A DNA stretch of 63,494 nucleotides, filler included, from Octopus bimaculoides (lineage: Eukaryota), in the NCBI RefSeq assembly GCF_001194135.2. It is 5 parts of 4 records of this genome, joined end to end, with 100 filler letters (N's around TTAATTAATTAA, not from the genome) between each part and the next. Parts side by side here need not be neighbours in the genome. Positions count along the whole stretch, not along the records: positions 1 to 27,561 come from NC_069006.1; 4 more parts are not named here. The stretch is one strand, 5' to 3'. Below the pieces are notes generated by a model, which saw nothing but the letters and a program-made list of their open reading frames with translations, was not told where the DNA came from and did no database searches. This document shows positions 12,743 through 26,732 of this stretch, one piece after another. Every line of letters begins with the position of its first letter. Position 1 is the stretch's first letter. The position numbers and the translations under genes were made by a program.

Positions 12743-13406
12743 ATATATATACATATGTGCGTGTGTGTTAGTTTCTGTATACACACAGTACTATATGCAG
12801 GAATTTCTATCTCTAAAATGGCACCAATTATGGAAATACGCATTACTCGAAAATACGCATTACTCGAGGTGGAACGTGAAACAAAAGTCAAATATATATA
12901 TGAAAATTCAATGAAAAAGGGAAAAAAATACGTAGAAGTAAAAATCAAGAACTACGTTGCTATAGTTTCTAATGAAACAACTACGACAGCAATAACAACA
13001 ACAGCACCAATAGCATCCAATTAATGAAAACAGAGTATCTGTTTTATCAGCCAGGGTCTCTTATATTTTAATTGATAAATAAACATAGACCTTGCTTTCT
13101 GTTTATTTGTTCAGTCAACAAAGAACGGTTTCCTTGCTCAATTATTGCTACTCGAAGGAATAACAACAGCACCAACAAAAATTTGAAGCAATTTTGGGGG
13201 GGAGGAGGGGGAGAAATAATACTGAAATGATCAGCTGCGTGAGGGGGGGGGGGATTCCATGCATGTGTGTATAGTTGAGTGTGTGTATGTGTTGAGTTTA
13301 GTATGTCTCAATGATTATGAGTAGATATGCTGGTTTCTATAAGTGTGTGTGTGTGTTGCACGATGTTGCACGGACAACCGCCGAACCAAAAAAGAAAGGT
13401 CTGGCT

Positions 13407-13444
<38 letters not shown>

Positions 13445-13776
13445 TATATGTGTGTGTGTGTGTGTGTATAAAGATGTGTGTGCGTAAGCGTGTATTTGTA
13501 TAAATGAAACTAAATAACGAAATGGAAAATACCGAATATAATCTGAGGGTATCAATTTTATTTTAATGAGAAGTAATCATTAATGGATATAATTATAGAT
13601 ATATGTATACACACACACATATATATATCTATACACACATTAATATATATGCATGTATGTGTATATATGTATATATATGTGTGTATATATATGTGTGTAT
13701 GTATATATATATATATATATTCTGATAGAGAGCAATATCTTCCTGTCTATCAATTCACTTATCTATGTATCTATCA

Positions 13777-13829
<53 letters not shown>

Positions 13830-14248
13830 CATTATACTCTGAGCTGTCATTTAGCTTAAAATATTGTTAAATTACTAAGCTAAATTTTCATTGCTCTTGC
13901 AATGACAGCTGTCAAAATTACACTTTGTCCGTGATATCTTTCGTGAAATATAAGAGAAATACAATAAACTGGAGAGTCACAATAGTTACATATTTAGTTT
14001 CGACTCTGATTGTCCACCTAACAGAAGGAATATTTTGTTTCCTTCATCTTCTTTTTTGTTTCATTGTATTTTGTCTATGTTCCGGCTTTAAATACAATCC
14101 CTCTCACTATGTCTATGAATACGTGTGTGAGTGTGTGTATAACATGCATATAGACAAAGAAACATACAAAGTACACGCACACACAGTCACACACACATAT
14201 ATGTAAATATATATATACACATGTGTGTATGTCTGTGTGTGTATGTAC

Positions 14249-14302
<54 letters not shown>

Positions 14303-15254
14303 TCAGTTATATATTTATAGTTACAAACATATACGTATATATGCGCATATGACTATATGAATATAGCGCAGACATCCAAAATTGCCTGATGGTGACCATC
14401 TCGTCTTTTTGTATATCAGAAGCCACATGTTTTAATATCTTACATTTTGTTTATAACAAAGGCAGCAATTTGACATATTTACATCATTATCCGTGGCGAC
14501 GAACATCGTATGTCACAGGTGTCTTGAACGGTTCTTCTCGAGATGTGGACATACGTCTACTAGATCGATGAATCACTGCCCAACGTTCTCTTGAGCTTTA
14601 TATATTTGTTTTAGCATACCTCATTCATCTCTTTGCTCAAGGTACCGCACAATGAGACATTTGGAATGATGCCTTTGCGAAGCAGACTCATTCAGTACAC
14701 AGATGCGTATGCACCTGACTTGGCGTGGATCTGTCTGTTACCTTTAAAAGTTTGATCAACAAAATGAATCAACAACCTGCTGTTGGCTGGTGTAACATGA
14801 AAAACGTTAACTATTATGACGCGTAATATAATGCGTTTACTACTGCAGTAGTTCTTGATTTTCTAATCGTTTCCGGTTTATACTGGATACACAAGTTTCC
14901 AAGTGATTCGGTTTTAATTAGTCTCTTGTAATTACCAGGTTTGTAGTAATATATATATACGTACGCATAGGACATCTGTGAACCATTGATAAAGAGTTTG
15001 AAAATCCAGTACCCAAAATATAGTTTAAGCTTCATGCCTTCATTATTTGAGCAACAGGATATATACCAACTCGTCTGGAGCAAAGCATGGTTGAACTTGG
15101 GATCCTGAGGAAAGAATGCATATACTTAATTCAATGATCACGTGACTATACAAATCTGCATGACCTTTTTTAAGACTTAAAGAATAATGGGCAAAACAAG
15201 ATTCCTTTCTTCACAACCTTGCTAGCAAATAGGTGGCCGGTTAAAATTTACTCT

Positions 15255-15305
15255 AAACAAGAGCACTCAGAGAGCGCAAACCTCCGCCAAGGCAACACCA
15301 ACGTC
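15255..15305 (-). mobile_element. 3' end of Helentron/HINE-like non-autonomous element
   Basis: Reverse complement TTGGTGTTGCCTTGGCGGAGGTTTGCGCTCTCTGAGTGCTCTTGT matches 59657-59701. Confidence 0.65.
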
Positions 15306-16422
15306 CCTCTGGAAAAAGCATATTTCTCAATCTTGTAGATGTGGGCTTCCACCTTTCCGTTTTCAGAATCACTTATTGAGCTCTAATTTTCTGTAGCTAC
15401 ATGAGTTAATGGCAAATTAGTTTCTCTGGTTTTGGTCAAGTGAAGTAGATATCTCCCCAAAATGTTGGTGCTCTTCACATTCTCCCACAAGCTCTCCTAA
15501 CCATGTCCACATCAATGTATAAATGAGAAACATTGTTCTCGATGTTAGAAAATATAAAAATAAACAAGANNNNNNNNNNNNNNNNNNNNNNNNNNNNNNN
15601 NNNNNNNNNNNNNNNNNNNNNNNNNNNNNNNNNNNNNNNNNNNNNNNNNNNNNNNNNNNNNNNNNNNNNNNNNNNNNNNNNNNNNNNNNNNNNNNNNNNN
15701 NNNNNNNNNNNNNNNNNNNNNNNNNNNNNNNNNNNNNNNNNNNNNNNNNNNNNNNNNNNNNNNNNNNNNNNNNNNNNNNNNNNNNNNNNNNNNNNNNNNN
15801 NNNNNNNNNNNNNNNNNNNNNNNNNNNNNNNNNNNNNNNNNNNNNNNNNNNNNNNNNNNNNNNNNNNNNNNNNNNNNNNNNNNNNNNNNNNNNNNNNNNN
15901 NNNNNNNNNNNNNNNNNNNNNNNNNNNNNNNNNNNNNNNNNNNNNNNNNNNNNNNNNNNNNNNNNNNNNNNNNNNNNNNNNNNNNNNNNNNNNNNNNNNN
16001 NNNNNNNNNNNNNNNNNNNNNNNNNNNNNNNNNNNNNNNNNNNNNNNNNNNNNNNNNNNNNNNNNNNNNNNNNNNNNNNNNNNNNNNNNNNNNNNNNNNN
16101 NNNNNNNNNNNNNNNNNNNNNNNNNNNNNNNNNNNNNNNNNNNNNNNNNNNNNNNNNNNNNNNNNNNNNNNNNNNNNNNNNNNNNNNNNNNNNNNNNNNN
16201 NNNNNNNNNNNNNNNNNNNNNNNNNNNNNNNNNNNNNNNNNNNNNNNNNNNNNNNNNNNNNNNNNNNNNNNNNNNNNNNNNNNNNNNNNNNNNNNNNNNN
16301 NNNNNNNNNNNNNNNNNNNNNNNNNNNNNNNNNNNNNNNNNNNNNNNNNNNNNNNNNNNNNNNNNNNNNNNNNNNNNNNNNNNNNNNNNNNNNNNNNNNN
16401 NNNNNNNNNNNNNNNNNNNNNN

Positions 16423-16453
<31 letters not shown>

Positions 16454-16465
16454 CATATGTACATA

Positions 16466-16499
<34 letters not shown>

Positions 16500-17162
16500 T
16501 ATATATATATATATATGTTTGTGTATATATATATATATATATGTTTGTATATATATATATATATATATATATGTAAATGTATGTATATATTTATGCTTAT
16601 GCATATATGTACATCTGTAAAGTAGCCGATAGCGTAAGAAGTTGATTGATCGATTGGTCGTGGTTTAGCTGAGATAAAAAAAATAATTTTCTCCCTGGGG
16701 CAAGTTAATCAACTCTACTGGCGTCCAGAAAGTCTTCTACAACGAAAAATTTTGGCTATGGTCTCCTCTCTGTACCTCAGTGAGGCTAGATGATACGAAG
16801 ATATCGCCATGTTGGATGAAGTTCCCCATCACCGTTCTATATATAAGTTTGTGTGAATATATACAGTACCGTACACACTCACTCACACGCGCACACACAC
16901 ACACACACGAGCATATACACTCAGATATATCTATACGTATATCATATCTGTGTGTGTATTCGTGTGTGAGAGAGTATATATATATCGCACACAGGTACAC
17001 ATATTCATATATATATATATACAATAGACATGTATATTTGTAATTATGTATGTATAAACGCACATATATTATATATATATATATGTATATACGTACATAT
17101 ATATAAATATATACATATATATACGTACATATACATATAAATATATACATATATAAATATAT

Positions 17163-17215
<53 letters not shown>

Positions 17216-17947
17216 TATATATCCATATATATATACCTACTTATTTATATATTTACATATATAAACCTGTATATATAGTTATATATATGTACATGCGTAC
17301 ACATGTGCGTGTATACACAAACACACACACACACACATCATATTGTCCTGTTCTGAATTGTCCGTTGTAGTCATCATGCCAGTCGTCTGCTTATCGTTGT
17401 CAATTTAGGAATATGGACATGGAACGATGTGCCAGTTCTTATTACAATTTCTACGTTTCACCCAAATTCTGTGTATGAGATTAAAATCTCTTCTGCTTTC
17501 AATATATCCCTGCTGCCATACAGACGATAGATGATTATTAGTGAAGTATTCTACTAAACTTCTATCCTGTATTTAGCTGAATAGCTATGCGTTTTCAACT
17601 ACTTGACAACGGAATTTATCTGTGAGGATTTTGCGATTATCGAGACTCATCGCTAAGGTCCTATAACTAGTATATGACCCTTAATGGACATAATGAAGAA
17701 CTAGATTGAGTCCTTTTTTTTAAAGCTGTATAACCATGAAGTTTTTATTTATTCACATTTTGTCTTTGGTTAGTAAGTATTATTTCTTATTTGCTTCTAT
17801 CTAGAAATCAAAGGAAATGACTGCTATTGCTTTCAAACTTTGCTTTTCTCACCTGGACATCAATGATTTGAAACTGCCCTGTTTTACATTACATTTCCGA
17901 CAGATCCACTGCTGAAGTGCTGAATTTCAGAAATATCGTTATAGCAA

Positions 17948-18111
17948 ATATTCTGTTCAAGACCACAGATTTGCTTGTCAGTTTGCTCGACCTCAACCAC
18001 CTGAGCAATGTCCCTTAGTAGCTGACAATATGTGTATTTCAAATTATGATCAGGAATATAGGGGAAGCATCATAGCCATGCGTTGAGAAGGATTCTTTGG
18101 GGTTTGAATAA
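17948..18111. mobile_element. Family E fragment, opposite orientation to the other two copies
   Basis: Reverse complement matches CCAAAGAATTCCTCTCAACACATGGCTATGATGCT...GACAAGCAAATCTGTGG. Confidence 0.75.
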
Positions 18112-18582
18112 ATACAACAAAAGCAAAGTTTGAAGGGAATATTAGCCAACTTCCATACTTCCTATGGGGAAAAGCAGATAGGAAATAATGTCACTACCCA
18201 AGGATAAAAATCCTGTTACACAGTATTATTAGTGTCATGAAGTTGCTGACATTTGAAGTTAGAGAGGCGCTTCTGAAATGTTCAGCGTCTGCTGTCGTTA
18301 CTCTCATAAAGTTTGGAGAATATTTTATGGTTTATATGAAGTGTACTTTGAGGAACTTTTCAGCATTCAGTTCAGGAATGCTTTCTAATATGTCTGCATG
18401 CATGAACTGTTTAGAATACATCACAGCTCTCTTGTTACTGCATGCTAAATTCTGTTGGCGTTAGATCTTTTATGACATATTTTATAATGATGGTATTGTT
18501 GGCGCCATTCTTTTGTGTAAAATTCTCTGCGATGAACGACTCGGTTAATCTGCTGCATTGTCGTCTTTTTATCGTTCATCTT

Positions 18583-18823
18583 TTACTTGTTTCAGAGCAT
18601 TGGACTCGGCCATGCTGGAGCACCACTTTAATGTGCTTGGTCAAACAAATCGCCCCCCCCCCCAATATTTTTTTTTACTTCGAGTCTGCTATTTATTCTC
18701 TCGGCCTCTTTGTAGAACCGCTGAATTACGGGGATGTCAACAAACCAGTACAGGTTTTCAAACGGTGGGTTGTGGTGATGACAAACAGAATTAAAAACAC
18801 TCACACGGACATAAAATCTCACG

Positions 18824-18830
<7 letters not shown>
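18583..18830 (-). mobile_element. SINE family A 3' half (old copy)
   Basis: CTTTTACTTGTTTCAG...GGCCATGCTGGAGCACC...CGCTGAATTACGGGGATGTCAACAAACC. Confidence 0.8.
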
Positions 18831-18855
<25 letters not shown>

Positions 18856-18879
18856 CACATACAAATATATTCTTCTATT

Positions 18880-19264
18880 CTTTTAAGTTACAATCATTAG
18901 ATTGTGGCCATGCTGGTGCACCGCCTTGAATTTTTAACCCGAATGAATCGATTCCTGTGCGTATTTTTTAAAGCCTGGTATTTATTTTATCGGCCTCTTT
19001 GGACGGATCGCTAAGTTACGTGGAGGCAAACATACCAACACCAATTTTCAAGCGGTGGTGAGGAAACAAATAGACACAACGACGCACACACATACTTTTA
19101 TACGACGGGCTTCTTTTAGTTTCCATCTACAAAATACACTCAAAATTTTGGTCCGTCTGAGGCTATAGTAGACGACTCATGCCCAAGGTGCCACGCAGTA
19201 GGACTGAACTCGGGACCATGTGGCTGGAAAGCAAACTTCTTACCACTTAGCCACTCCTGTGCGC
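18880..19264 (-). mobile_element. SINE family A, near full-length, diverged
   Basis: Tail, internal microsatellite remnant, CORE-like segment and tRNA head all present in order. Confidence 0.85.
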
Positions 19265-19326
19265 ATATATATATATGTATATATACATACATGCATGTAT
19301 GCATACATGCATGCACACAAACACAT

Positions 19327-19380
<54 letters not shown>

Positions 19381-19469
19381 GTATATATATACATACTTAC
19401 ATACATACATGTGTATGTATGTCGAATAATAATATGTCCTGTTATTATTATTATTTTTATTGTCTTTGA

Positions 19470-19753
19470 GTAACATTCTCCGTTTTTCTTCCGTCCTTGT
19501 TTTTGTATACATTCGCTGCTTTCTTCCAAGGAATCTGATGCTCTTAGCTTAGTTTTTCCTTGGGGGATGGCCAGATTGGAGCAATCTCGAGTATAATCAG
19601 CCGAAATTGCAAAGATAATCTGGTCCTCGACTGAGGAAAGAAAACTCCGAATGACCCGTCGTTGTTTTCTTTGTATCGTCTATCTGGATGTTTTGTTGTC
19701 CCATTATTGCATCACCTGACTGTCCGGATGTTTTGCGGTTTTGTCCCATTTTG

Positions 19754-19789
<36 letters not shown>

Positions 19790-19870
19790 GTAGGGATAAA
19801 AATCCAAATTTACAGGGAAAAAATTCAATTTAATTTAATTTATCAAAATTAAAATTAAATTAAATTTCAC
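19470..19870. repeat. Unclassified repeat-like segment with nested hairpin (possible Penelope-type terminal repeat)
   Basis: Nested inverted repeats at 19571-19623; only one copy in the window, so repeat status is inference. Confidence 0.35.
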
Positions 19871-19874
19871 AATA

Positions 19875-21300
19875 TCTATATATATTTATAAAAATGAGAA
19901 TGTTTGTCTGTGTGTCTATGTGTCTGTGTGTCTGTGTGAATCCCTAAAACTCCAGAACTACACAACCAATTTCATTCAAAATTTACACATGCCTTACTTA
20001 GGGTCCCGGTTGTGTTTTAGTCAAAAGAAACTTTTAATTTCTTGCATAGTTCGAGCCTACAGCAACATAATATCTCCTCCACTATTTAAGTATTACGTGT
20101 CAAAAGTGAAACAAAAACACTCATGTCAAATACTTTCACTTTAAAAATGAAACTTTTCCACCATTTCAGTATCAAAACTGAAACAATCACATTTCGATAC
20201 TGTAATTTTTGGGGTATTAATTTACACTGCATACGAAAATACAGACATATTATCACGGTACGTTATTAAACACTCACAGATCTACGCATACATACCTGAC
20301 AACTGACATGCGTGAAGTGTGAGTTGGCCAGTGTCAATACAAAATGTTATATTCATTTCCTTTAAAACAATACATATTTACCGGATGATAAACTATACAT
20401 ATTTACGGTTCCATTACCGGATAATAATTATCGCAGAAGTTGCAAGGTAAGACATAAAATTCTTTGTCTCTCCGTAATAATTATTGTGGCATTTACCGTT
20501 AAATTAGCAGTTCCATACATGTGCTATTTCGTTCATTTGCTTATATTTCATAAATTTACTNNNNNNNNNNNNNNNNNNNNNNNNNNNNNNNNNNNNNNNN
20601 NNNNNNNNNNNNNNNNNNNNNNNNNNNNNNNNNNNNNNNNNNNNNNNNNNNNNNNNNNNNNNNNNNNNNNNNNNNNNNNNNNNNNNNNNNNNNNNNNNNN
20701 NNNNNNNNNNNNNNNNNNNNNNNNNNNNNNNNNNNNNNNNNNNNNNTGTCATTGAACGTTTTTAGAAAAAAAAAATTGTCACGTGTTATTTTATTTTTGT
20801 CTCTTTCTCCTTGTTGTGTGTTGCATGTTTTATATTCTTTGTGGACGACTGACATGCGTGAAGTGTGAGTTGGCCAGTGTCAATACAAAATGTTATATTC
20901 ATTTCCTTTAAAACAATACATATTTACCGGATGATAAACTATACATATTTACGGTTCCATTACCGGATAATAATTATCGCAGAAGTTGCAAGGTAAGACA
21001 TAAAATTCTTTGTCTCTCCGTAATAATTATTGTGGCATTTACCGTTAAATTAGCAGTTCCATACATGTGCTATTTCGTTCATTTGCTTATATTTCATAAA
21101 TTTACTCAGCATACAAAAATACGGACATAATATATATTTACAATTGCTAACAAAAATAGAGATTATTGTATATTTTTTCTATGTTCATAATTTTTTGTTT
21201 ACAATATTGAAAAAATATGCCATCAAAGAAAAGACGTAATCCCTCCAGAAACACGTATAAAGCTAGGACGATTACAGAAAACAAGGGCGAGTGACTGTGG
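19875..21300 (+). mobile_element. Non-autonomous Helitron-like element (5' end clear, 3' end not identified)
   Basis: A|TCTATATATATTTATAAAAATGAGAATG followed by (GTCT/GTGT) microsatellite, a typical Helitron 5'-TC start after A; internal 259-bp duplication; no CTRR end found. Confidence 0.5.
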
Positions 21301-22211
21301 ATTTTCATGGATGATTTCAATGATTGTGGTTCTTTTCTCTAAATTATATATTTATATATAAATTATATATTTATATATAATGCTGCATGAGGCCTGGGGC
21401 ATACTGAGATATTACTACAAGATTTCAAGGTAATTTTTCGTTTAGACGTGCCGTTCGTAAAGTTTCTCACACCTCTCTTTGCCCACGAATGATTTAGACT
21501 GATATGACTTCACAATAAAACTTTTTAAATCGCATTCAGACGACTACAGTGGTAGAAATTGCAGCGAAATGTTTCTCAAGTTATCGTTTACCATTTAAAG
21601 CTAAAGTGTAATTTGAGGACACACTGGATAATGTAGTTTTAGATTCACCGAGAGTAAAATGAAATGAGGACGAGCTGGTCACAGCTGGAAAGACTTTGTT
21701 CGCATACCTACTAATTTTAGCCCTTAGCTGCAGCTAAACACAAAATACCAACACCAACCACAATTACTACTACTACTACTACTCAATGACAAAAATAATG
21801 TACATTCTACTGAAAATACAATGAACTGCTTACTCTATATGTAGTTCACTGTACATGCGGAGACTAACATACATCATTTAAGTATACTTACATCAACGAG
21901 TATGAGACACACATACACACACACACATACAAACACACACACACATGCACACGCGCGTACGCTTCTATCTTTCGTAGGAACAAAAGAAAATCAGACAGCT
22001 GTAGATCAAATATGCACTCACACTTAGCTGCGCTGCATTCTTATATCTACGCATATGTATGTAATTATTCAGTTTCATTTCAAGCTTTCTTGCCAACAGA
22101 GAAACAGCCGGCTTCTAGCAGAGATCCAAGGCTCCTTCATTGGAATTCCATCGTCATCAACTGAGTATTTGTGCATGTTTGTGTGTATATGTGCAGTATT
22201 TGGAGCCAGTG

Positions 22212-22565
22212 CATATGCAGATTTGTATGTCTTGTTTTAGGTATGTATTCCCATGCATATAGTTGCATATCTATATATGCTCAGATATACTTAAATGATA
22301 AGCCTCTTGCAATTCCAGTGATGGCTAGGACCTGTAGTATTCGAATCAGTTTTCTTGTTTCTGATTTTGAGAAGCCTAATTTCTCAAGATTGATACTTAG
22401 GCAGTATGTGTGACATATCCCAGTGTCCCAATAGTTGCAGGAAAAATCCTGAACTTTTGATCTGGGTAGAGTAACTGTAAGTTTCTCACAAGTTAAGCGT
22501 GGGTATATTCCCTTTTGCTGATATTTGGCTTTATGTTAACATCCGCTGAGCAAGCTGATTTAAAC
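22212..22565 (-). mobile_element. R4/Dong-like (RLE) retrotransposon 3' fragment
   Basis: Reverse complement aligns to about 57620-57980, covering the ORF end and 3' UTR (ATCATTTAAGTATAT...CATACAAATCTGCA). Confidence 0.8.
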
Positions 22566-22852
22566 TACGGCACACATGTCTGTATATTATGTATGTATGC
22601 ATGTATGCATGTATGTATGTATGCATGTATGTATGTATGCATGTATGTATGTATGTATGCATGTATGTATGTATGTATGCATGTATGTATATACTATATG
22701 CATGTTTATATTTATATATAAACTTAAGAAAACAGAAAAATGGAGAAATATTGATGAACAACAATTGACTTACATCAATTATTAATTACTAATTCAATAC
22801 AAATAGACTGCATCCTTTCTAACAGCTGTTTCTGTTTCCAATGATGTATGGT

Positions 22853-22926
22853 ATTGAGTACTGGAGTCGATGTAATCGACTTAAACCCGTCCCCCAAATT
22901 TCAGGCCTTGTGCCTATAGCAGAAAG

Positions 22927-22985
<59 letters not shown>
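22853..22985 (+). mobile_element. SINE family B 3' end with long (ATT)n tail
   Basis: GTACTGGAGTCGATGTAATCGACT...CAAATTTCAGGCCTTGTGCCTATAGCAGAAAG(ATT)n. Confidence 0.8.
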
Positions 22986-24468
22986 GTATCATTATTTCGA
23001 TATTTATATTTTCAAATGGCAGAATGATAGTGGTGTCAGAAATTGTGGTAGCGACAGCAATAACATTTTTTTGCATTATTACAAGATTTTTATTATAAAT
23101 TACACAACGCATATACCTTTGTGTATGTGTGCATAACATATACATAGATAGATAGATAGATAGATAGATGTACATACACACATATATGTAAATATACCTA
23201 CACGTGTATAGTGAAGATGTTGCTGTCACATGCAATTATACATCTAAAACTTCTTATGCAGACAAACGAATATGCACACAGGTACTCTCTCTCACTCTCT
23301 CTTTCTCTCTTCCTGTCTCTCACATAAATGTATATATATATGTGTGTGTGTGTGCGTGCGTGCGCGCGCGCGTTTGTGTGTGTATGGGAGCGAACACTTA
23401 TACCATATACTATACGAAGTAATTATACCTATATACGTATTATATTCATGTGTGTTCGCGTGTATAGCATACATATATATATATATATATATATATACAG
23501 AGAGAGGGGGAGAGACATACAGACAGACAGACAGACAGATAGATAGAAAGAGAAAGATAGAGAGAGAATGCTCGAAAGTGAATCAAAGAAAAAATATGGA
23601 GAGTATTGAGCGTGTATAAAAGTACGTTTTTTAATGAAATTTTGTGTTGAGTCGACACCAGCTACGTTGTTATCAGTCATTTAATATAAATATATAGAAA
23701 GAATAAAACAACAGTTTGATATTGAAGATAGCCGATTTTTTTTTGTTCATAGATCCAAGATATAATCACACTGAGCTAGATAAATAGCGCTCACTTTCAG
23801 TTGGGTGGTATACCATCATATTATATCTCTATGTCACTATGGCTCCCAGTATTTTTGACTGTCTGTGTGTCTCTGTCCCCTTACTGTCACAGATTATCTC
23901 TTTATCTTTTTCTGAAAGTTAACAGATAACTATATTTTATCGAATTATCTGTCTATCTACTCTGCATATACGTATGTATGTATGTATGTATGTATGCATG
24001 TATGTATGTATGTATGCATGTATGTATATATGCATGTACGTGTGCATAAATGAATGTATGTATGTATGAATGAATGTGTGTATGTATGTATGAATGTATG
24101 TATACATATATGTATGTATGTTTGTAGTAAGTATGCATGCACGATATATATATATATATATTATATTGTATTATGTTTGTATGTGTATATTTGTATATAT
24201 ATATGGATATTTGTATAAAAGCATATATATATATACGTGTATCTTGAATATTTATGTTCTTGCGAAAAATGTATGTATGTGCATACGTACAAATCTATGT
24301 TTGAGTCCGTTTAATGTATGTGCGTGATGTATGTACATATAAATATATGTGTTTGATATGTATGAACGTATGAATAAGAGTTTTTTTTTATCAACCTTTG
24401 TTAACTATAAACCTTTATATGACTTTATCACCGTACTTATTGCATATGTATGCCTATGCACAGGTCCA

Positions 24469-24590
24469 GGCGCAGCTGTGTGGTAAGAAGCTTGCCTTCC
24501 CGTCACGTAGTTCCAGGTTCATTTCCAATGGGCAAATTTGGCAAGTGTCTTCTGCAATAGTTCCGTGCCGACCAAAGCACTGTGACTGGA
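24469..24590 (+). mobile_element. SINE family A 5' half (diverged)
   Basis: GGCGCAGCTGTGTGGTAAGAAGCTTGC...GGCAAGTGTCTTCT...GCCGACCAAAGC. Confidence 0.75.
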
Positions 24591-24693
24591 TGGTGTCCCT
24601 GTGCATATATTTGTGTACTTATGTGCGTGCGTGTGTGTGAATATTAAGAAATAAAAAGATACTCTTTTAACTCGTAGTTGCTCTATACACGTT

Positions 24694-25070
24694 GAGGCGC
24701 AATGGCCCAGTGGTTAGGGCAGCGGACTCGCGGTCATAGGATCGCGGTTTCGATTCCCAGACCGGGCGTTGTGAGTGTTTATTGAGCGAAAACACCTAAA
24801 GCTCCACGAGGCTCCCGCAGGGGATGGTGGCGAACCCTGCTGTACTCTTTCACCACAACTTTCTCTCACTCTTACTTCCTGTTTCTGTTGTACCTGTATT
24901 TCAATGGGCCAGCCTTGTCACACTGTGTCACGCTGAATATCCCCGAGAACTACGTTAAGGATACACGTGTCTGTGGAGTGCTCAGCCACTTGCACGCTAA
25001 TTTCACGAGCAGGCTATTCCGTTGATTGGATCAACTGGAACCCTCGACATCGTAAGCGACGGAGTGTCAA
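24694..25070 (+). mobile_element. tRNA-derived SINE family C, full-length
   Basis: A box TGGCCCAGTGG, B box GGTTTCGATTCC, head resembles tRNA-Arg; near-identical reverse copy at 59999-60383. Confidence 0.9.
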
Positions 25071-25472
25071 TGCGCGAACGCGAACGCTCTATACAATTTT
25101 TATTATATTTTATTCTTCATCTCTGATCTATTCATATGTTGTAACTTGCTTCTTCAAATATTATAAGTAACTTCGTTTGCGGTTTTATTAAAATATAATT
25201 AATGAAAATTTTCCATACAATTTTCAGCTGAGACAACCAAAATCATTGCCAATACATTCGTGTAAATTTCTGAGACCAGAGATATTATATAATAGAAAAT
25301 GCAGTTATATGATCCAAACCACGATCTAAGTAAGCAGTGTTTTAAATCGGTCTTGTAATTGAATATTGTAAAATATGCGAAACAAAATCGTATAGCTGTT
25401 TGTGTCTCCGCCTGTCTTAAAGAATATCCTGGCTCCATATCATAGCCAAGGGGGAAAATCTTTCGTTGCAGT

Positions 25473-25646
25473 CATAGCTGTGTGGTTAAGGAACTCACTT
25501 AGCAAACACGTGATTTGGGGTGCAATCCCATTTTCGCACATTGGATAAGTATTCTCTAGTACAGCCGCGGGTCGACTAATGCCTTGTGAGTAAATTTGCG
25601 TTGTGGTTCGTAAACAAGCTACTTACTGCACAGCCACTCCTACGCC

Positions 25647-25678
<32 letters not shown>

Positions 25679-25857
25679 ATGTCTATGTGTGTGTGTCTTT
25701 GTGCCTGTGTTTGTCCCGTATCACCGCTAGACAACCAGTATTGGTGTGTTTATATACCCGTTATCTAGCGGTTCGGTAAAATAGACCGATAGAATAGGTA
25801 CTAGGCTTAAGAATTAAGTCATGGTGTCGATTTGTTTGACTAGAAACAAGTAAAAGA
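25473..25857 (+). mobile_element. Old SINE A-like copy containing an inverted A head (25599-25648)
   Basis: Plus-strand head and tail separated by antisense TTGTGGTTCGTAAACAAGCTACTTACTGCACAGCCACTCCTACGCC. Confidence 0.7.
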
Positions 25858-25859
25858 TA

Positions 25860-26440
25860 CTAAGAATTATGTACAGGTAGTTGTTGGGTTGTGGTTGTGG
25901 CGATTTAACTGTGGTGAGCGTATGGTTGTAGTAGTGGTGCTGGTAGTGGTGGTATTGTGGTTGTAGTGGTGTTATTGGTTGTGTGGTTGTTAAGTTGGCA
26001 CTGGATTGGGGATTGGTTGTAGTTGTGATAACGGTGGTGGCATTATTGTAGTGGGGTGGTTGTGGTACTGGGGGTAATGAGATCGGAATGCTTGTGCTAG
26101 GATCGTTGTGGAGCTGCAATTTGTTATAGCGCTGGTGTCAGTGTGGTTTTACAGGTGGTTTGGTTGTGGTAATGTTTTTGTGGTAGTGATGTTTGTCGTA
26201 AGTGATGTGGTTGTGGTGCCGGTGCTAGTGTGATGGTTGTAGCGTGATTGTAGTGATGATGGTTTGGCTGTGGTATGACTTGGGAGGGTGATGGTAGTGT
26301 TTGTGGTGGTGGTTGTGGTGGAGGTGGTGGTGGTGATGATGGTGGATATGGTTGTAGTGGCTGTGGTGGTTGTGGTTGTGGTAGTAGTGGTGGTGCTGGT
26401 GATGGTGGTGGTGATGGAGCTGTAGCTTTGATGGTGGATG
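25860..26440. repeat. (GTG/GTT/GTA) low-complexity tract
   Basis: Degenerate G/T-rich trinucleotide mosaic. Confidence 0.85.
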
Positions 26441-26695
26441 TAAACTACGAAAAAATTCGAGCAATTAATAAGAGAGATAGAGAGAGAGGGAGTGAGAGAG
26501 AAAGAGAGAGAGAGAGAGAAAATGGAATCTCCAAGAGCTAAAAGAATAACTAACAAAAGATATCGCAAAAAAATTATTTAAAAGAAATTCCAACGGGAAA
26601 AAAATGACATCACACACACATACACATGCACACACACATATACACACATACACACACATAACATCAATAAAACGGCAGCAGCAACAGTGACATCG

Positions 26696-26732
<37 letters not shown>

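Noticed and set aside
14370-14800. Complex unique segment with partial open frames
   Set aside because: Stops in the frames I translated and no motif I can assign
24694-24770. tRNA-like sequences here and at other A/B-box heads
   Set aside because: No complete cloverleaf; each continues into a SINE body, so these are SINE heads and not tRNA genes
26149-26568. Apparent signal peptide plus Thr-rich mucin-like ORF
   Set aside because: The signal-like part crosses a (CT)n tract and the Thr run is an (ACC/ACA) mosaic
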